Origin: Nannocystales bacterium
GTDB taxonomy: Bacteria > Myxococcota_A > Polyangia > Nannocystales > Nannocystaceae
Assembly: GCA_050633305.1 (NCBI GenBank)
Contig: JBOEGF010000010.1
Span: 704,001-768,000, forward strand
Direction: 5' to 3'
Length of the DNA: 64,000 nt
Under the pieces are notes generated by a model. It was given only the letters and a program-made list of their open reading frames with translations, had not been told where the DNA came from and searched no databases. Shown piece after piece: positions 52,687 through 62,585 of this stretch (the first letter of the stretch is position 1; every line of letters starts with the position of its first letter). The position numbers and the translations under genes were made by a program.

Positions 52687-53888
52687 TGCACATTCTGTAT
52701 CTGCATCAGTACTTCGTCGGTCCCGACGGGTCCGGTGGGACACGTTCCCTGGAGATGGCGCGCCGATGGGTGCAGTGGGGTCATCGCGTCACCTTGGTGA
52801 CCTCTTCTGCGTTGTTCTCCGCGGGTCCCCGTGACCGCGTCACTCGGACCTGCGTCGAGGGGATCGACGTGGTTGTTCTACCTGTGCCGTACACCTCCGA
52901 GATGTCCTATGCGCGCCGGATTCAGTCGTTTCTCTCGTTTGCAATGCAGGCGACTCGGTGGGCGGCGAAGACATCTGCCGACGTTGTGTTTGCCAGCAGC
53001 ACACCGCTGACGATCGCGATCCCCGGTCTTCTCGGGGCTGCTGCGCAGCGTGTGCCGATGGTGTTCGAGGTTCGCGATGCATGGCCGGACCTTCCCATCG
53101 CGATGGGGGCGCTGAAGAACCCCGCAGCGATCTGGGGCGCGCGAATGCTCGAGTCTGCGGCGTGCCGAGGCGCAGCACAGGTGATCGCGCTCTCTCCTGG
53201 CATGGCGGACAGCGTGGCGCGTTGCGGTGTGGATCGGGGGCGGATTCACGTGGTGCCGAACGCTTGCGACACGGTCGCGTTCGATGTCGACGAGCAGGAG
53301 GCCCGGGCATTCGTGCGGCGAACGATCCCCGGTGAAGGACCCGTGGTGGTCTACGCAGGGAGTTTTGGCGCGATCAACGATGCGGCCTGGTTGGTCGACG
53401 TCGCAGCCGCATCACCTGGGGTTCGTTTTGCGTTCGTGGGGCAGGGCCCTGGACGAGAGGCCTTGTTGGGACGCGCCCGGGCGCGAGACTTGTTGAATCG
53501 TCGTGTATTTGTTCTTCCGCCGATCGCCAAGCGGGATGTCCCGTTGTTGTTGCGTGGTGCGACGATGGCCACGTCGTTGTTTCTCCCGATCCCGGCGATG
53601 GAGGACAACAGCGCCAACAAGTTCTTCGATGCGCTTGCGGCCAGCACTCCGGTCGGGATCAACTACGGAGGGTGGCAGGCCAAACTGCTCGATGACTCGG
53701 GCGCCGGCATCGTCATGCCCCGGGCGAGGGTCGAGGAGGCCGCAGCCCAGCTCTCGGATGCTGTTCACGACGCGGCATGGTGCGAGCGTGCAGGGCGTGC
53801 GGCCCGGGGCCTGGCTCGTACACGGTTCGATAGGGATCGACTGGCCGGTCGGGCGTTGGACGTCGTGCAGCGGGCTGCCGCTGGGTGA
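52686..53888 (+). CDS. GT4 glycosyltransferase (WbuB-like)
   Basis: YLHQYF..GGTRS, SSTPL, FEVRDAWP, NSANKFFDALAA; TGATG coupling. Confidence 0.92.
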   Translation: MHILYLHQYFVGPDGSGGTRSLEMARRWVQWGHRVTLVTSSALFSAGPRDRVTRTCVEGIDVVVLPVPYTSEMSYARRIQSFLSFAMQATRWAAKTSADVVFASSTPLTIAIPGLLGAAAQRVPMVFEVRDAWPDLPIAMGALKNPAAIWGARMLESAACRGAAQVIALSPGMADSVARCGVDRGRIHVVPNACDTVAFDVDEQEARAFVRRTIPGEGPVVVYAGSFGAINDAAWLVDVAAASPGVRFAFVGQGPGREALLGRARARDLLNRRVFVLPPIAKRDVPLLLRGATMATSLFLPIPAMEDNSANKFFDALAASTPVGINYGGWQAKLLDDSGAGIVMPRARVEEAAAQLSDAVHDAAWCERAGRAARGLARTRFDRDRLAGRALDVVQRAAAG

Positions 53889-55026
53889 ACTGAAGCGTGA
53901 GCAGCATGCCGAACAGGAACACGCCTCGGGAGTCGTAGAAGTCACCAGACACCTGCGCGCAGGCCAGGTGCAGCAGGAAGATCGCGGCGGTGGTCGGGTC
54001 GACGCGGCGACTGCGGACGATGATCGTGGCGACCGGTACGGCCAGGGCAAGCAGGAGCACGAGCAGTCCGAGCACGCCCCCGTCGGTGAGAGCCTCGAGT
54101 TCGACGTTGTGTGGGTAGACGCCATGCCCACGCGCGCGAAACCCGTTGAGTCCGTCTCCGAACCAGGGAGACCGGGCGACCATGTCGAGCGCTGCATCCC
54201 GAAGCGGGCCGCGGCCCGAGTCGTAGCTCTGTTGGAAGGTCAGCACCACGACACGATGTTGGAACCCTTCCAGCGCGGCGCGGCCGATACTGCTCCAGCG
54301 AACGAGCACAGCGAGGGCGAGCGAGCTGCCGACCAGCGCGAGCGCCGTGCGCCCGACCTGGACACGTCGCATGAACAACAGTCCGCCAACCCCGACCAAC
54401 GTTCCCGCGAGCGCCCCCCGAGAACCGCTGAGAATGACGAGCAGGGCCGCGATGGTGAGCCCCATGAGGGGCCAGCCGCGCTTGCCTCCGTCGAGCAGCG
54501 CGCTGAAGCACACGACGAGCAACAGGCCCATGTTTCGGCCGTAGACATTGGGTCCGCCGCCGAGAACCGACAGTCGCCCGCCCCCCGATACGATGCTGCT
54601 GAGGAGACCGATGGCTGCGAACGCGCCGAACAACACCGCGACGACGCGCCACAACTCGCTCGTCGTCGGACGCACACCCGCGAGGAGGGTGAGCCGCCGC
54701 AGACATAACAGTCCCAGCGCCATCACCACGAGGTCGCCCGCCTTGACCGCCGCGAGTGTGTCGTCCGGTGCCCACATCGTCGACATGAGGAAGTAGCCGA
54801 AGAAGGCGAGTAGACCCGCTGGGGGGAGTGCTGGGTGGGCCCGACGGGACACCGGGATCAGCGCGACGAAACCGATGAGGAGTACCAACCAGACGCGCGG
54901 GGCCGTAAGAGCAGAAGCGTCCATCGACAGCACCCGCCCCAGGTCCCATCGACCCGAGAGCAGGAACAGGGTCATCGCGATCGCGAGCGCTGTGCTCCCC
55001 GCGAGTCGGGGGTGGGGGGCGTTCAC
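53713..55026 (-). CDS. Wzy-like polymerase / O-antigen ligase family protein
   Basis: Multi-TM; GGPNVYG, SGSRGA, GDGLNGF, YPHN..LE..GG; last ~58 codons overlap the convergent GT4. Confidence 0.85.
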   Translation of the reverse strand: MNAPHPRLAGSTALAIAMTLFLLSGRWDLGRVLSMDASALTAPRVWLVLLIGFVALIPVSRRAHPALPPAGLLAFFGYFLMSTMWAPDDTLAAVKAGDLVVMALGLLCLRRLTLLAGVRPTTSELWRVVAVLFGAFAAIGLLSSIVSGGGRLSVLGGGPNVYGRNMGLLLVVCFSALLDGGKRGWPLMGLTIAALLVILSGSRGALAGTLVGVGGLLFMRRVQVGRTALALVGSSLALAVLVRWSSIGRAALEGFQHRVVVLTFQQSYDSGRGPLRDAALDMVARSPWFGDGLNGFRARGHGVYPHNVELEALTDGGVLGLLVLLLALAVPVATIIVRSRRVDPTTAAIFLLHLACAQVSGDFYDSRGVFLFGMLLTLQFTQRQPAARRPTPDRPVDPYRTVYEPGPGPHALHARTMPRREQHPRAGLRPPRPSPGA

Positions 55027-56255
55027 GGGCTGTGCCCCGGCCGAGGGAGGCTACGCCAGGCGCGGTGAAGCACCACGGCTGCGAGGCCCATCGCTACGGT
55101 CCAACCCGCGGCGGCAGCCTCCGATGCACCGAGCAGGCCTTGGGTCGGTATGCGGATCCAGCCCACGATGAGGGCTGTCCCGAGCGCGGCTAGGTAGATC
55201 CACGGCTGAGCCCGTCGCCGCTGGGCGGCATTGATCGCGTGCATCAGCGCTCCGAGTACGAACTGAATCGCGCCGGCCCCCATGACCCACGGGAACACCG
55301 GCGCTTCTCGCGAAAACTCGTCTCCAAAGACCGTGGCCAAGAAAGGCTCACCCACAACGAGTGCGAACAGCACGCCGGCAGCACCCAGAGTCGCAGACAA
55401 CCCGACGAGCCGGGCGGTGGTGCGGGCGAACGCGGTGCGATGACCTGCGGCGAACTGGCCGGCCATACGTCGAAGGACCGGGGTGCCCAGTGAGAAGACG
55501 ACCGCGCCGCCCGCAGTCGCGCCGTAGCTCATCACGGCGTAGTGACCGAGGGCTTCGGTGCCGAGCATGGTGTCCACCTGGATCCGCACGGCGTGCTGGG
55601 TGATCGAGTCGACGAAGGTCACCAACCCCAGGGGGGCCGAAACCGCGAGCAGTCCGGCAAGGCTTCCTGGGCCTGTCTGGGAACGAAGGGGGGCGGACCG
55701 GGGCGCGTCGTACAGCGTCGCAACGCCCCATGCCATCGCGGCCATCGCGAACAGCCCAAGCGCCAGATTCCCGGTGAGCGCGAGTGTCCCCCCCAGTGCC
55801 GTCAATCCCAGGACCGAGCGAAGGCCCAGAGACTGCGCGTACAGCCGCATGGCACCCCGGGCTTGGAAGGTGGCGTGATGAAGATCGCCCGCGAGCTCAC
55901 CGGCCTTGTCCACGGCGATGGCCAGCGCGATACCCACGGAGACGGGGACCCATGTCGCCGCGGTCGCGAGACCGACGAGTGCCACGCCGGACGCCGACGC
56001 CCAACGCCGGAGCCTGAGGTGTGTACTCCATCCGAAGCGCCGCTTCACGTCGGTCACGTAGACGATGCGTTGCTGCAGCCCTACGATGACCATGATCGGT
56101 GAGCACAAGGCCATCGCAAGGGCGAGGTCACCCACCATCTGTGCGGACCCGAATCTGGCGGCGAGGACGAGCAGCCCGGCCTGGGCGAGGGCTTGGGCCA
56201 TACGGCCAAGCAGCGTCCAGACGACGGATTGGCGGACCGAGCCGTCCGGTGGCAA
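55023..56255 (-). CDS. Wzx-type flippase
   Basis: Roughly 12 TM in the C-terminal part of the 926-aa track ORF; LG.EALGHYA, GLLGA; start uncertain (TTG 56255 or ATG 56201). Confidence 0.82.
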   Translation of the reverse strand: MPPDGSVRQSVVWTLLGRMAQALAQAGLLVLAARFGSAQMVGDLALAMALCSPIMVIVGLQQRIVYVTDVKRRFGWSTHLRLRRWASASGVALVGLATAATWVPVSVGIALAIAVDKAGELAGDLHHATFQARGAMRLYAQSLGLRSVLGLTALGGTLALTGNLALGLFAMAAMAWGVATLYDAPRSAPLRSQTGPGSLAGLLAVSAPLGLVTFVDSITQHAVRIQVDTMLGTEALGHYAVMSYGATAGGAVVFSLGTPVLRRMAGQFAAGHRTAFARTTARLVGLSATLGAAGVLFALVVGEPFLATVFGDEFSREAPVFPWVMGAGAIQFVLGALMHAINAAQRRRAQPWIYLAALGTALIVGWIRIPTQGLLGASEAAAAGWTVAMGLAAVVLHRAWRSLPRPGHSP

Positions 56256-56306
56256 CCCGCTCGAATGGGGACTCGTCTTGGAGAGGGCTTGCGACGATAC
56301 TGAGGC

Positions 56307-57590
56307 GTGCTCCGAGGGTGCTGGGTGTTGTTGGGCCTGTGCGCGTGCGGGCCCCAAGCGAACGTCGAGGTGAGCCACCCGGCGGCCCCCGGCTTCGCAG
56401 CGAGCTCGTCTTGCGCCCCCGTCGCGACCATCGAAGCGCGCCGAGACATCCCGTTCGGGTTCTACTCGGTTCCTCTCGCGGCGTTCGACCGACTCGCGCA
56501 TGCCGGGGTGACGATGGTGGGGCCGTACTATGGCGCACGTCCCTCCTACGAGTTGCTCGACGCCGCGCAGCGGGCTGGGCTGGGCGTGCTCTACCCCGTG
56601 GGCCTCGAGGCCCCCCGAATGGACGACGAAGGGAGGGCGGAGCTGGTCGCGCAGATCGACGCGGTGGCGGAGCACGAGGCCGTCGTGGGTTGGTACGTGC
56701 TGCCCGAAGAGCTTCGCCCCTGGTCGGAGGCGGAGATGCTTTATGCCGCTCGTGTGCAAGCGGTCGTCCGTACCCACGACCCACTCGACCGGCCGTTGCT
56801 GAGCTACCAACCCAACCATCGAACCCGGGATGACCTCGCTTCGGCCTCGGCATCCTTCGACCGGGTGTTGCGCGGGCTGTACGCCAACTTCGTCGGAGCG
56901 ACGGAGCGCCGGGCGTGGGTTCGGGAAGGCGCGCGCACGATCGTCGCTTCTGCGTACCTCGACCAAGACCCGTGGGCGGTCCTGGAGATGTTCGAAGAGC
57001 CGGCGGAAACGTCGCGCATTGGTGCGTGGGTCCGCCACGACGTGTATGCGAGTTTGGTGGTCGGGGCTCGGGGGGTGGTCGTGTTTTCCGGATGGCCGCG
57101 CTCGGGGTTCCCGGCCTACGAGGCGTATCTCTCGGCCTACCTCGAGGTTGCATCCGAACTGAACGGGCCGCGCGGGCTCGCGACACCGTTGCTTCGCGGG
57201 CTGCCCGCTGAACCGACTGCGCTCGAGGTCGTCGATGGTCCTGCCCGAACGGACGCTGCGATGGGGGATACACCTCGGTGGGTCGACAGCGTCGCGAGCC
57301 GGCAAGTCCACGATGGGGGCGGGCGATGGATCTACACCGTGAACTCCGCGCAGCAGGCGGTGCAGGTGCGGATTGCCCTCGACCCCACCGCCTGCCCTGC
57401 GGTTGCGGTCCTCGGGCCCGACGTTCGAGAGGGCGTGATCGACTTGCCGCCGCTGGGGGTCAGCGTTGTTCGGGTTCCGGACGCGACTCGAGGCGCCGGA
57501 GGAGCTGTCCATGCCAACCACGGAAAAACCGACGGCAGGGCTCGTAGGCGCCCACCGTCGGTTGGTCGGGTGTCGGGGCTCGTTCCGTGA
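56307..57590 (+). CDS. Lipoprotein, putative glycoside-hydrolase-like TIM barrel
   Basis: Lipobox LCAC; PFGFY, VVGWYVLPEE, HDPLDRP, VLEMF, SLVVGARGVVVF pattern reminiscent of clan GH-A. Confidence 0.6.
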   Translation: MLRGCWVLLGLCACGPQANVEVSHPAAPGFAASSSCAPVATIEARRDIPFGFYSVPLAAFDRLAHAGVTMVGPYYGARPSYELLDAAQRAGLGVLYPVGLEAPRMDDEGRAELVAQIDAVAEHEAVVGWYVLPEELRPWSEAEMLYAARVQAVVRTHDPLDRPLLSYQPNHRTRDDLASASASFDRVLRGLYANFVGATERRAWVREGARTIVASAYLDQDPWAVLEMFEEPAETSRIGAWVRHDVYASLVVGARGVVVFSGWPRSGFPAYEAYLSAYLEVASELNGPRGLATPLLRGLPAEPTALEVVDGPARTDAAMGDTPRWVDSVASRQVHDGGGRWIYTVNSAQQAVQVRIALDPTACPAVAVLGPDVREGVIDLPPLGVSVVRVPDATRGAGGAVHANHGKTDGRARRRPPSVGRVSGLVP

Positions 57591-57597
57591 AGAAAAC

Positions 57598-59043
57598 TCA
57601 GTCGCCGAGACCGACAAACACGCGGCCCACGCGACCGCTCGCGTTGCCGTAGTAGAGCGTCCCGCCCCCGAAGTCGTTGTCTCCGAAGCGAAGCCCGCCA
57701 AAGTCCGAGAAGTTGGCGCCGGCCGTGTCGATGTCGCGGACGACCTCGGTCTCCTCGCCTGCGGCGTACCGCGCGACGACGAGGCGATCACCGAGCGGGA
57801 CACCGACGTACAGGTTGTTGGCGCGGTCGAACTGTAGGCCGTCGACGAGCAGGGTCGGGTCGGTGTTGTCGCCGAAGTTCAGGTAGACGGACGGGTCTCC
57901 TGCTTCACCAGACTCGAGGATGGGCACACGGAGCACCTCTCCAGCCACGCCCAGGTACAGGAACCCGTCTTCGGGTCCGGTGATGACAGCCCCGGGCATG
58001 ACGAGGCCCGACAGCAACACCCGCGTGCCCGCTGGGATCGGAGGCTCGCCTCCGGTTGTCCCGTCGTTGTCGTCGTTGGGCGGACTGGGGTCCCAGACCA
58101 GGAGCTGCCCGCCCTCGCCGTTGGTCATGTAGATCTCGCCGTCCATCTGCGTCAGGTGCCGGACGGCTCCGAGCGGCTCGCTGTCGACGGTTTCGTCGGA
58201 GAGGGTCTCGATGTTGCCGCCGTTGATCGTCAAGGCCTCGAGGGCCTGGTTGCCTGCGTTGGCGATGAGCAGCACGTCGATGTCGTCGTCACGGTCCGGG
58301 ACTTGCCCCATCCTCGCGCCGAACGGAGCGCCGGGAATCTCGTGCCGCCCCATATGGGTGGCAAACTCTTCCATGAGCTCGTCGTCGAAGTCGATGTCGA
58401 ACCACGACACGAAGCCCTCCTCCATCACCGCCCACAGCTGACCGCCGCGGAACGAGACAGTGTTGGGGGTGCCCAACTGCTCGAGGTCCATGATCGCCGG
58501 GAGGCCTTCTTCGAAGTTGGCCTCGACGATCTCGATGGTGACGTCGGCCGTCGCCTCGACATCGTTGCGGATCGCGGTGAGCGTGAACGTGAGAACGTCT
58601 CCTCCGGAGGCTCCGGCGGGGACGTCCACGAGGGGGCTCTGGGTGTCGATGCCCGTGACGGTGGCGTCGGGTCCACCGGTTTGGGCCCACGAGAATTCGT
58701 CGGCGAGGATCTCGGCTTCGATGGGGACCCGCAGTCCCGCGATCACCCGGATCGGGTCGTCGGGAATGTCGAACTCGGGACCCGGAACGCAGATGTCGTT
58801 CACGCATTGCAGCGTGCCGATGCAGTTGTTCTCCAGGCAGACACAGGTCTCCTGGCCGGCGATGCAATCGACGGGCCCTGTGGTCGAGGGGCTTGTCGTG
58901 GTCGGGGTCGTGTCGCCGCTTCCCTCCGTGTCCGTGGTCGTTGCGGAGGCGTCGGTTTCGTTCTCGTCACTGTTGCCGGCCTCGCAGGCGGGGAGCGCGA
59001 GGACGACAAGAAAAGTCAGGCTAAGGTGAGCACGCCGCATCAT
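57598..59043 (-). CDS. Acidic lipoprotein: Thr/Ser linker, Cys module, Ig/PKD-like domain, SMP-30-like beta-propeller
   Basis: Lipobox LPAC; CIAGQETCVC..C; FSWAQTGGP..LTFTLTA; DGLQFDRANNLYV. Confidence 0.75.
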   Translation of the reverse strand: MMRRAHLSLTFLVVLALPACEAGNSDENETDASATTTDTEGSGDTTPTTTSPSTTGPVDCIAGQETCVCLENNCIGTLQCVNDICVPGPEFDIPDDPIRVIAGLRVPIEAEILADEFSWAQTGGPDATVTGIDTQSPLVDVPAGASGGDVLTFTLTAIRNDVEATADVTIEIVEANFEEGLPAIMDLEQLGTPNTVSFRGGQLWAVMEEGFVSWFDIDFDDELMEEFATHMGRHEIPGAPFGARMGQVPDRDDDIDVLLIANAGNQALEALTINGGNIETLSDETVDSEPLGAVRHLTQMDGEIYMTNGEGGQLLVWDPSPPNDDNDGTTGGEPPIPAGTRVLLSGLVMPGAVITGPEDGFLYLGVAGEVLRVPILESGEAGDPSVYLNFGDNTDPTLLVDGLQFDRANNLYVGVPLGDRLVVARYAAGEETEVVRDIDTAGANFSDFGGLRFGDNDFGGGTLYYGNASGRVGRVFVGLGD

Positions 59044-59249
59044 CGGGTCGATTGTATCGGCCCAACGCTGCCGCGGCTGTGTGCGATAGCCGACACCAAG
59101 GTGGGTCTCCGCCCCCAATGACACGGCTGAAGTGCGCCGCTTCCCCGCGTCGCGCCCGCGGTGGTCCCGTCCGGCAAAAGTTGCCGCCCACAACCGCGTT
59201 GTGCAGATCGGCCAAACCCAGGTGCAAAGCCGGGCTTTCACGACGTTGG

Positions 59250-60224
59250 CTAGTGGTCGCGTTCGAACAGCTCGGGGTTTTGCTCAACGAGCGCGCGAAT
59301 CTTCGGGACGAGCGCCTCGGTCATCTGGTCGAGCCCGAACTCCGGCTTCCAACCCCAGTCGCTTCGTGCGTTGGAGTCGTCGAGCACCCGCGGCCACGAG
59401 TCGAGGATCGCCTGCCGGTGTGCGTCCGGAGCAAACGTGATCTTCACGCTCGGGATCGCGGTCGAGACGCTGGCCGCGATCTGCTCCGCGGTCGGTGAGA
59501 ACGCCGCGATGTTGTACGTGCTGCGGCGCAAGGAGCCTCGGGGCGCCTCGGAGAGCTCGACCAGGGCACGAATCCCGTCGGGCATGTACATCAGCGGGAT
59601 GCGGGTATCGGCACGACAAAACGCCTCGTAATGTCCAAGCCGAACCCCGTCCGTGTACATGAACAGCGCGTAGTCGCTGGTGCCTCCGCCGGGTAGCGAA
59701 GCGCTGATCAAGCCAGGAAACCGGACGGCACGGAAATCGAGGCCAAACGTACGCCGGTAGTAGTCGCCCAGCAGCTCGCCGGCGACTTTGGTGAGGCCGT
59801 ACATCGTGGTGGGCTGCAGGGGAACGTCATCGACGACGACCTCCGGAAGCCCGGGGCCGAAGACCGCGATCGTGCTGGTGAAGATGACGCGCCCGATCTC
59901 GAGCTTTCGGCATGTCTCGAGGACATTGACCGTGCCGGTCTGGTTGACCCGGTACGTGCGCTGGGGAATCTGTTCGCCGCGAGCACTCAGGATGGCCGCA
60001 AGGTGAAACACGCGGTGCGGTTTGACCTGCGCGAACAGAGACTCCACGGCCTCGGCGTCGGTCACATCGAGGCTGTGCCACGGCACGCTCTCGTCGAGCT
60101 GCGCCGGGCTGGGGCGCGGCGCGATGTCGGAGCCGTGGACCTCAAACCCTCGGGCACGCAAAACGCGAATCAGGTCGAGTCCGACCTGTCCTCCAGCACC
60201 AGTCACCAAGCAGCGGGTCGTCAT
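59250..60224 (-). CDS. tdh: SDR-type L-threonine 3-dehydrogenase
   Basis: GAGGQVG, HLAAILSARGE, STIAVFG, YGLTK, PGGGTSDYA, MYMPD, RQAILDSWP. Confidence 0.85.
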   Translation of the reverse strand: MTTRCLVTGAGGQVGLDLIRVLRARGFEVHGSDIAPRPSPAQLDESVPWHSLDVTDAEAVESLFAQVKPHRVFHLAAILSARGEQIPQRTYRVNQTGTVNVLETCRKLEIGRVIFTSTIAVFGPGLPEVVVDDVPLQPTTMYGLTKVAGELLGDYYRRTFGLDFRAVRFPGLISASLPGGGTSDYALFMYTDGVRLGHYEAFCRADTRIPLMYMPDGIRALVELSEAPRGSLRRSTYNIAAFSPTAEQIAASVSTAIPSVKITFAPDAHRQAILDSWPRVLDDSNARSDWGWKPEFGLDQMTEALVPKIRALVEQNPELFERDH

Positions 60225-60299
60225 TCGGGTTGCCGATGATGGCCTGCCGCCCGGGCGCGAGCAAGGAGCCGTTGGCCTGTGGCGCGGGTGTCCGGAGGA

Positions 60300-61970
60300 C
60301 TACGACGTGAGGCCTGGGTCGGCTTGGAAGAACGCGTTGCGGTCCGGATCCTGATAACTCCGGTAGTCGATCGCCCACGGCGTGACCTTGGTCTCGGACC
60401 CCGTCCGTGAAATCGTGAGCGCCATCGGACGCACATCCCGGTAGTTGCTGTCCTCGGGAAGGTCTTCGTTGGCGACGCCGCCAGCGGAGAAGACGGTCAG
60501 AAGCCGGATGTCGTCGCGCGGATAGTGGTCACGGAACCCGGCGTTGAACTTCTCGTGGCCGCGGACGAGCAGCGAACACCCGACACGATGCATGAACTTC
60601 CGGAACTGCTGCCGACCGAATGAGAATCGAGCCGAGGCCGCTTGCAGGTCCTTGGGGACCATCTCGGCCCGACTTGGGTCGCTCCACAGCATTTGGAAGC
60701 GGATGTCGTCGTCGTTGAGGCTCCACAACCCGTGCCACGTCTTCTGCAGCAACTCGTCGCGGGGGATTCCGCCGTGCACGAAGAGGAGGTTGTCGAAGAG
60801 CAGTGAGTTGGGCATCTGCTCGAAGAACTTCAGGTACCGCTCGAAGACCTCGTCGGGCAGGACGCGCTGCAAGTTGTTGATCGCGTCGGCTGGCTTCACG
60901 CCGCCGTAGATCCGACCGCCGTACTCGATGTAGTACTCGTGGTTTCCGCGCAGCACAAACACGTGCTCGGGTACGGTGTTGAAGAGGTTGAGGACCCCTC
61001 GCAGTACACCGTTGAAGCTGAAGCGTCCGCGGTCGATGTAGTCGCCCAACAGAACCAGACGGACGTCCGGGTTGTTCTCGGGATCGGCCCGAAAGCGCTT
61101 CACCTTCTCCATGAAGTCGCTCTGCATGACGGCCCCCTTGAGGCAGCTGTAGCAGCCGTGCAAGTCGCCCAAGACGATCAGCTCGTAGTCACGGTTTCCA
61201 CCCTGGGGAACCGCATGCACATGGCCGTCGAGAAACTCATCCCCTTCGAGCTGGTCGACGCGTTGCTTGCCTTGGAGTCGACCGTCTCCGGCTTCACGCA
61301 TCTTGGCCCACTTGGCCTCGGTCTTCTCGAGCAGCCGGATATCAGCGTCGATCTGCGCTCGGATCTCTGCAGGATCGGGCGAGTAGTGGTGCTCGAACGT
61401 CTTGAAGAAGGGATGGTCGGTCTTGGCGGTGGGCTTTTCGACCGGCTTCTCTACCGCGACCCGGGCTTCGATGCTCGAGTCGTCTCCTGTCCGCGAGGCT
61501 TGACCTAGGAGTGCGGCCAGCTCGTTGCGGAACTTGACCTCCTCAGGGTGGACGACGCCGTCGGCATTGATGAAGTCGTCGACGACCCGGAGCAGCGCCT
61601 CGCGGTTGCCTTGGCTCAGTCCCTCGAACAGCTCGAAGCAACGAAGCTTGAGCTTCGAGATGACGAAGACGTCGACGTCCTCACCGTCGGCGACGGCCTC
61701 GGTGAAGAGTGACTTCACTTCGTAGTCGACTTGTTGGAACAGCTCGACGTAGTGCTCGTGTTGCTGCTCGATCTGTTCGAAGCGAAGCTCGGGGTCGAGT
61801 TCGCCTTGGGCATCGACTCTGGCCGTGACGAGTTTGCGCAGGAAGGAGCGGACGAAGGACTTCTCTCGAAGGTCGAACTCGGAGTCGATGTAGCCGCAGG
61901 TCGTCAGATAGAAAATGACGGCCTCGATCTGTTGCTCGGCGACCTTCGGGTCCTTGCTCAGCTCGATCAC
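60300..61970 (-). CDS. TerB-like domain fused to a PPP-family Ser/Thr phosphatase
   Basis: IDSEFDLRE and ADGVVHPEE (TerB-like); GDLHG, GDYIDRG, RGNHE, VHGG, LWSDP, RGHE, TVFSA. Confidence 0.88.
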   Translation of the reverse strand: MIELSKDPKVAEQQIEAVIFYLTTCGYIDSEFDLREKSFVRSFLRKLVTARVDAQGELDPELRFEQIEQQHEHYVELFQQVDYEVKSLFTEAVADGEDVDVFVISKLKLRCFELFEGLSQGNREALLRVVDDFINADGVVHPEEVKFRNELAALLGQASRTGDDSSIEARVAVEKPVEKPTAKTDHPFFKTFEHHYSPDPAEIRAQIDADIRLLEKTEAKWAKMREAGDGRLQGKQRVDQLEGDEFLDGHVHAVPQGGNRDYELIVLGDLHGCYSCLKGAVMQSDFMEKVKRFRADPENNPDVRLVLLGDYIDRGRFSFNGVLRGVLNLFNTVPEHVFVLRGNHEYYIEYGGRIYGGVKPADAINNLQRVLPDEVFERYLKFFEQMPNSLLFDNLLFVHGGIPRDELLQKTWHGLWSLNDDDIRFQMLWSDPSRAEMVPKDLQAASARFSFGRQQFRKFMHRVGCSLLVRGHEKFNAGFRDHYPRDDIRLLTVFSAGGVANEDLPEDSNYRDVRPMALTISRTGSETKVTPWAIDYRSYQDPDRNAFFQADPGLTS

Positions 61971-62049
61971 CAACCGAATCTATCAGCTGGAGGCTCGGAG
62001 GTAGCGAAACCCCGTGTAGACCGCGAATTCGGTAGGCTGCCCACAAATG

Positions 62050-62081
62050 AAAAGGGGCCCCTCGCATCGCGAGAAGCCCCT
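62050..62081 (-). terminator. Intrinsic terminator after the TRL-like gene
   Basis: AGGGGCTTCTCGC-GAT-GCGAGGGGCCCCT followed by TTT on the minus strand. Confidence 0.65.
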
Positions 62082-62115
62082 CTCTTCCGACTCCCGCGTA
62101 GCGCGGGAGGGGAAA

Positions 62116-62457
62116 TCACTCGCCGGTGATGACGGTGCAGTGCTTGGTGTACACGACGCCAAGAATGCTCATCTGCGAGTAGTCGACGGTGTCGACGCGG
62201 GTGATTCCGCCGGTCTTCTTGGCGGTGTCGATGCTCATGTCTCCCCAAGCGGCGAGTCCGAGAACGCCGGAAGCACAGGTCTGACCCTGCTTGGGACCGG
62301 GGCGGACGCCGTCGGTGACTTCAGCTTGGGTGGCGGGGCCGACACCTTTGACGCCGGTGTAGAAAACGCCCGAAGGAGGAGCGGAGCCGGGCATTGCGGC
62401 AGCGCAGCCAGTGGTGGAAAGCGTAGCGAAGGCGAGAACAGCAGCGAGTTTCTTCAT
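62116..62457 (-). CDS. TRL-like family small lipoprotein
   Basis: MKKL..TTGC lipobox; K.G..CA..VLGL.A.GD.SI..A....GI....VDY....ILG..Y...CT...GE. Confidence 0.88.
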   Translation of the reverse strand: MKKLAAVLAFATLSTTGCAAAMPGSAPPSGVFYTGVKGVGPATQAEVTDGVRPGPKQGQTCASGVLGLAAWGDMSIDTAKKTGGITRVDTVDYSQMSILGVVYTKHCTVITGE

Positions 62458-62585
62458 CGTGAAAATCTTTCGAGAGAGAGTTGAGCGTTGCCTTCGAAGG
62501 TCAAACGCGCCGGGACTATAGCTACGCGATTTGCCCAGGGTCAACTTGCTCGCGCGGGCAGGGGGTGGCAGGGTTCGCGCCTCCA

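Noticed and set aside
56256..57803. Apparent 926-aa flippase fusion
   Set aside because: The N-terminal ~515 aa are the antisense of the lipoprotein at 56307..57590
59250..60224. Sugar-nucleotide epimerase belonging to the glycan cluster
   Set aside because: LSA.GE, PGGGT.DYA and MYMPD motifs plus nearby kbl favour threonine dehydrogenase
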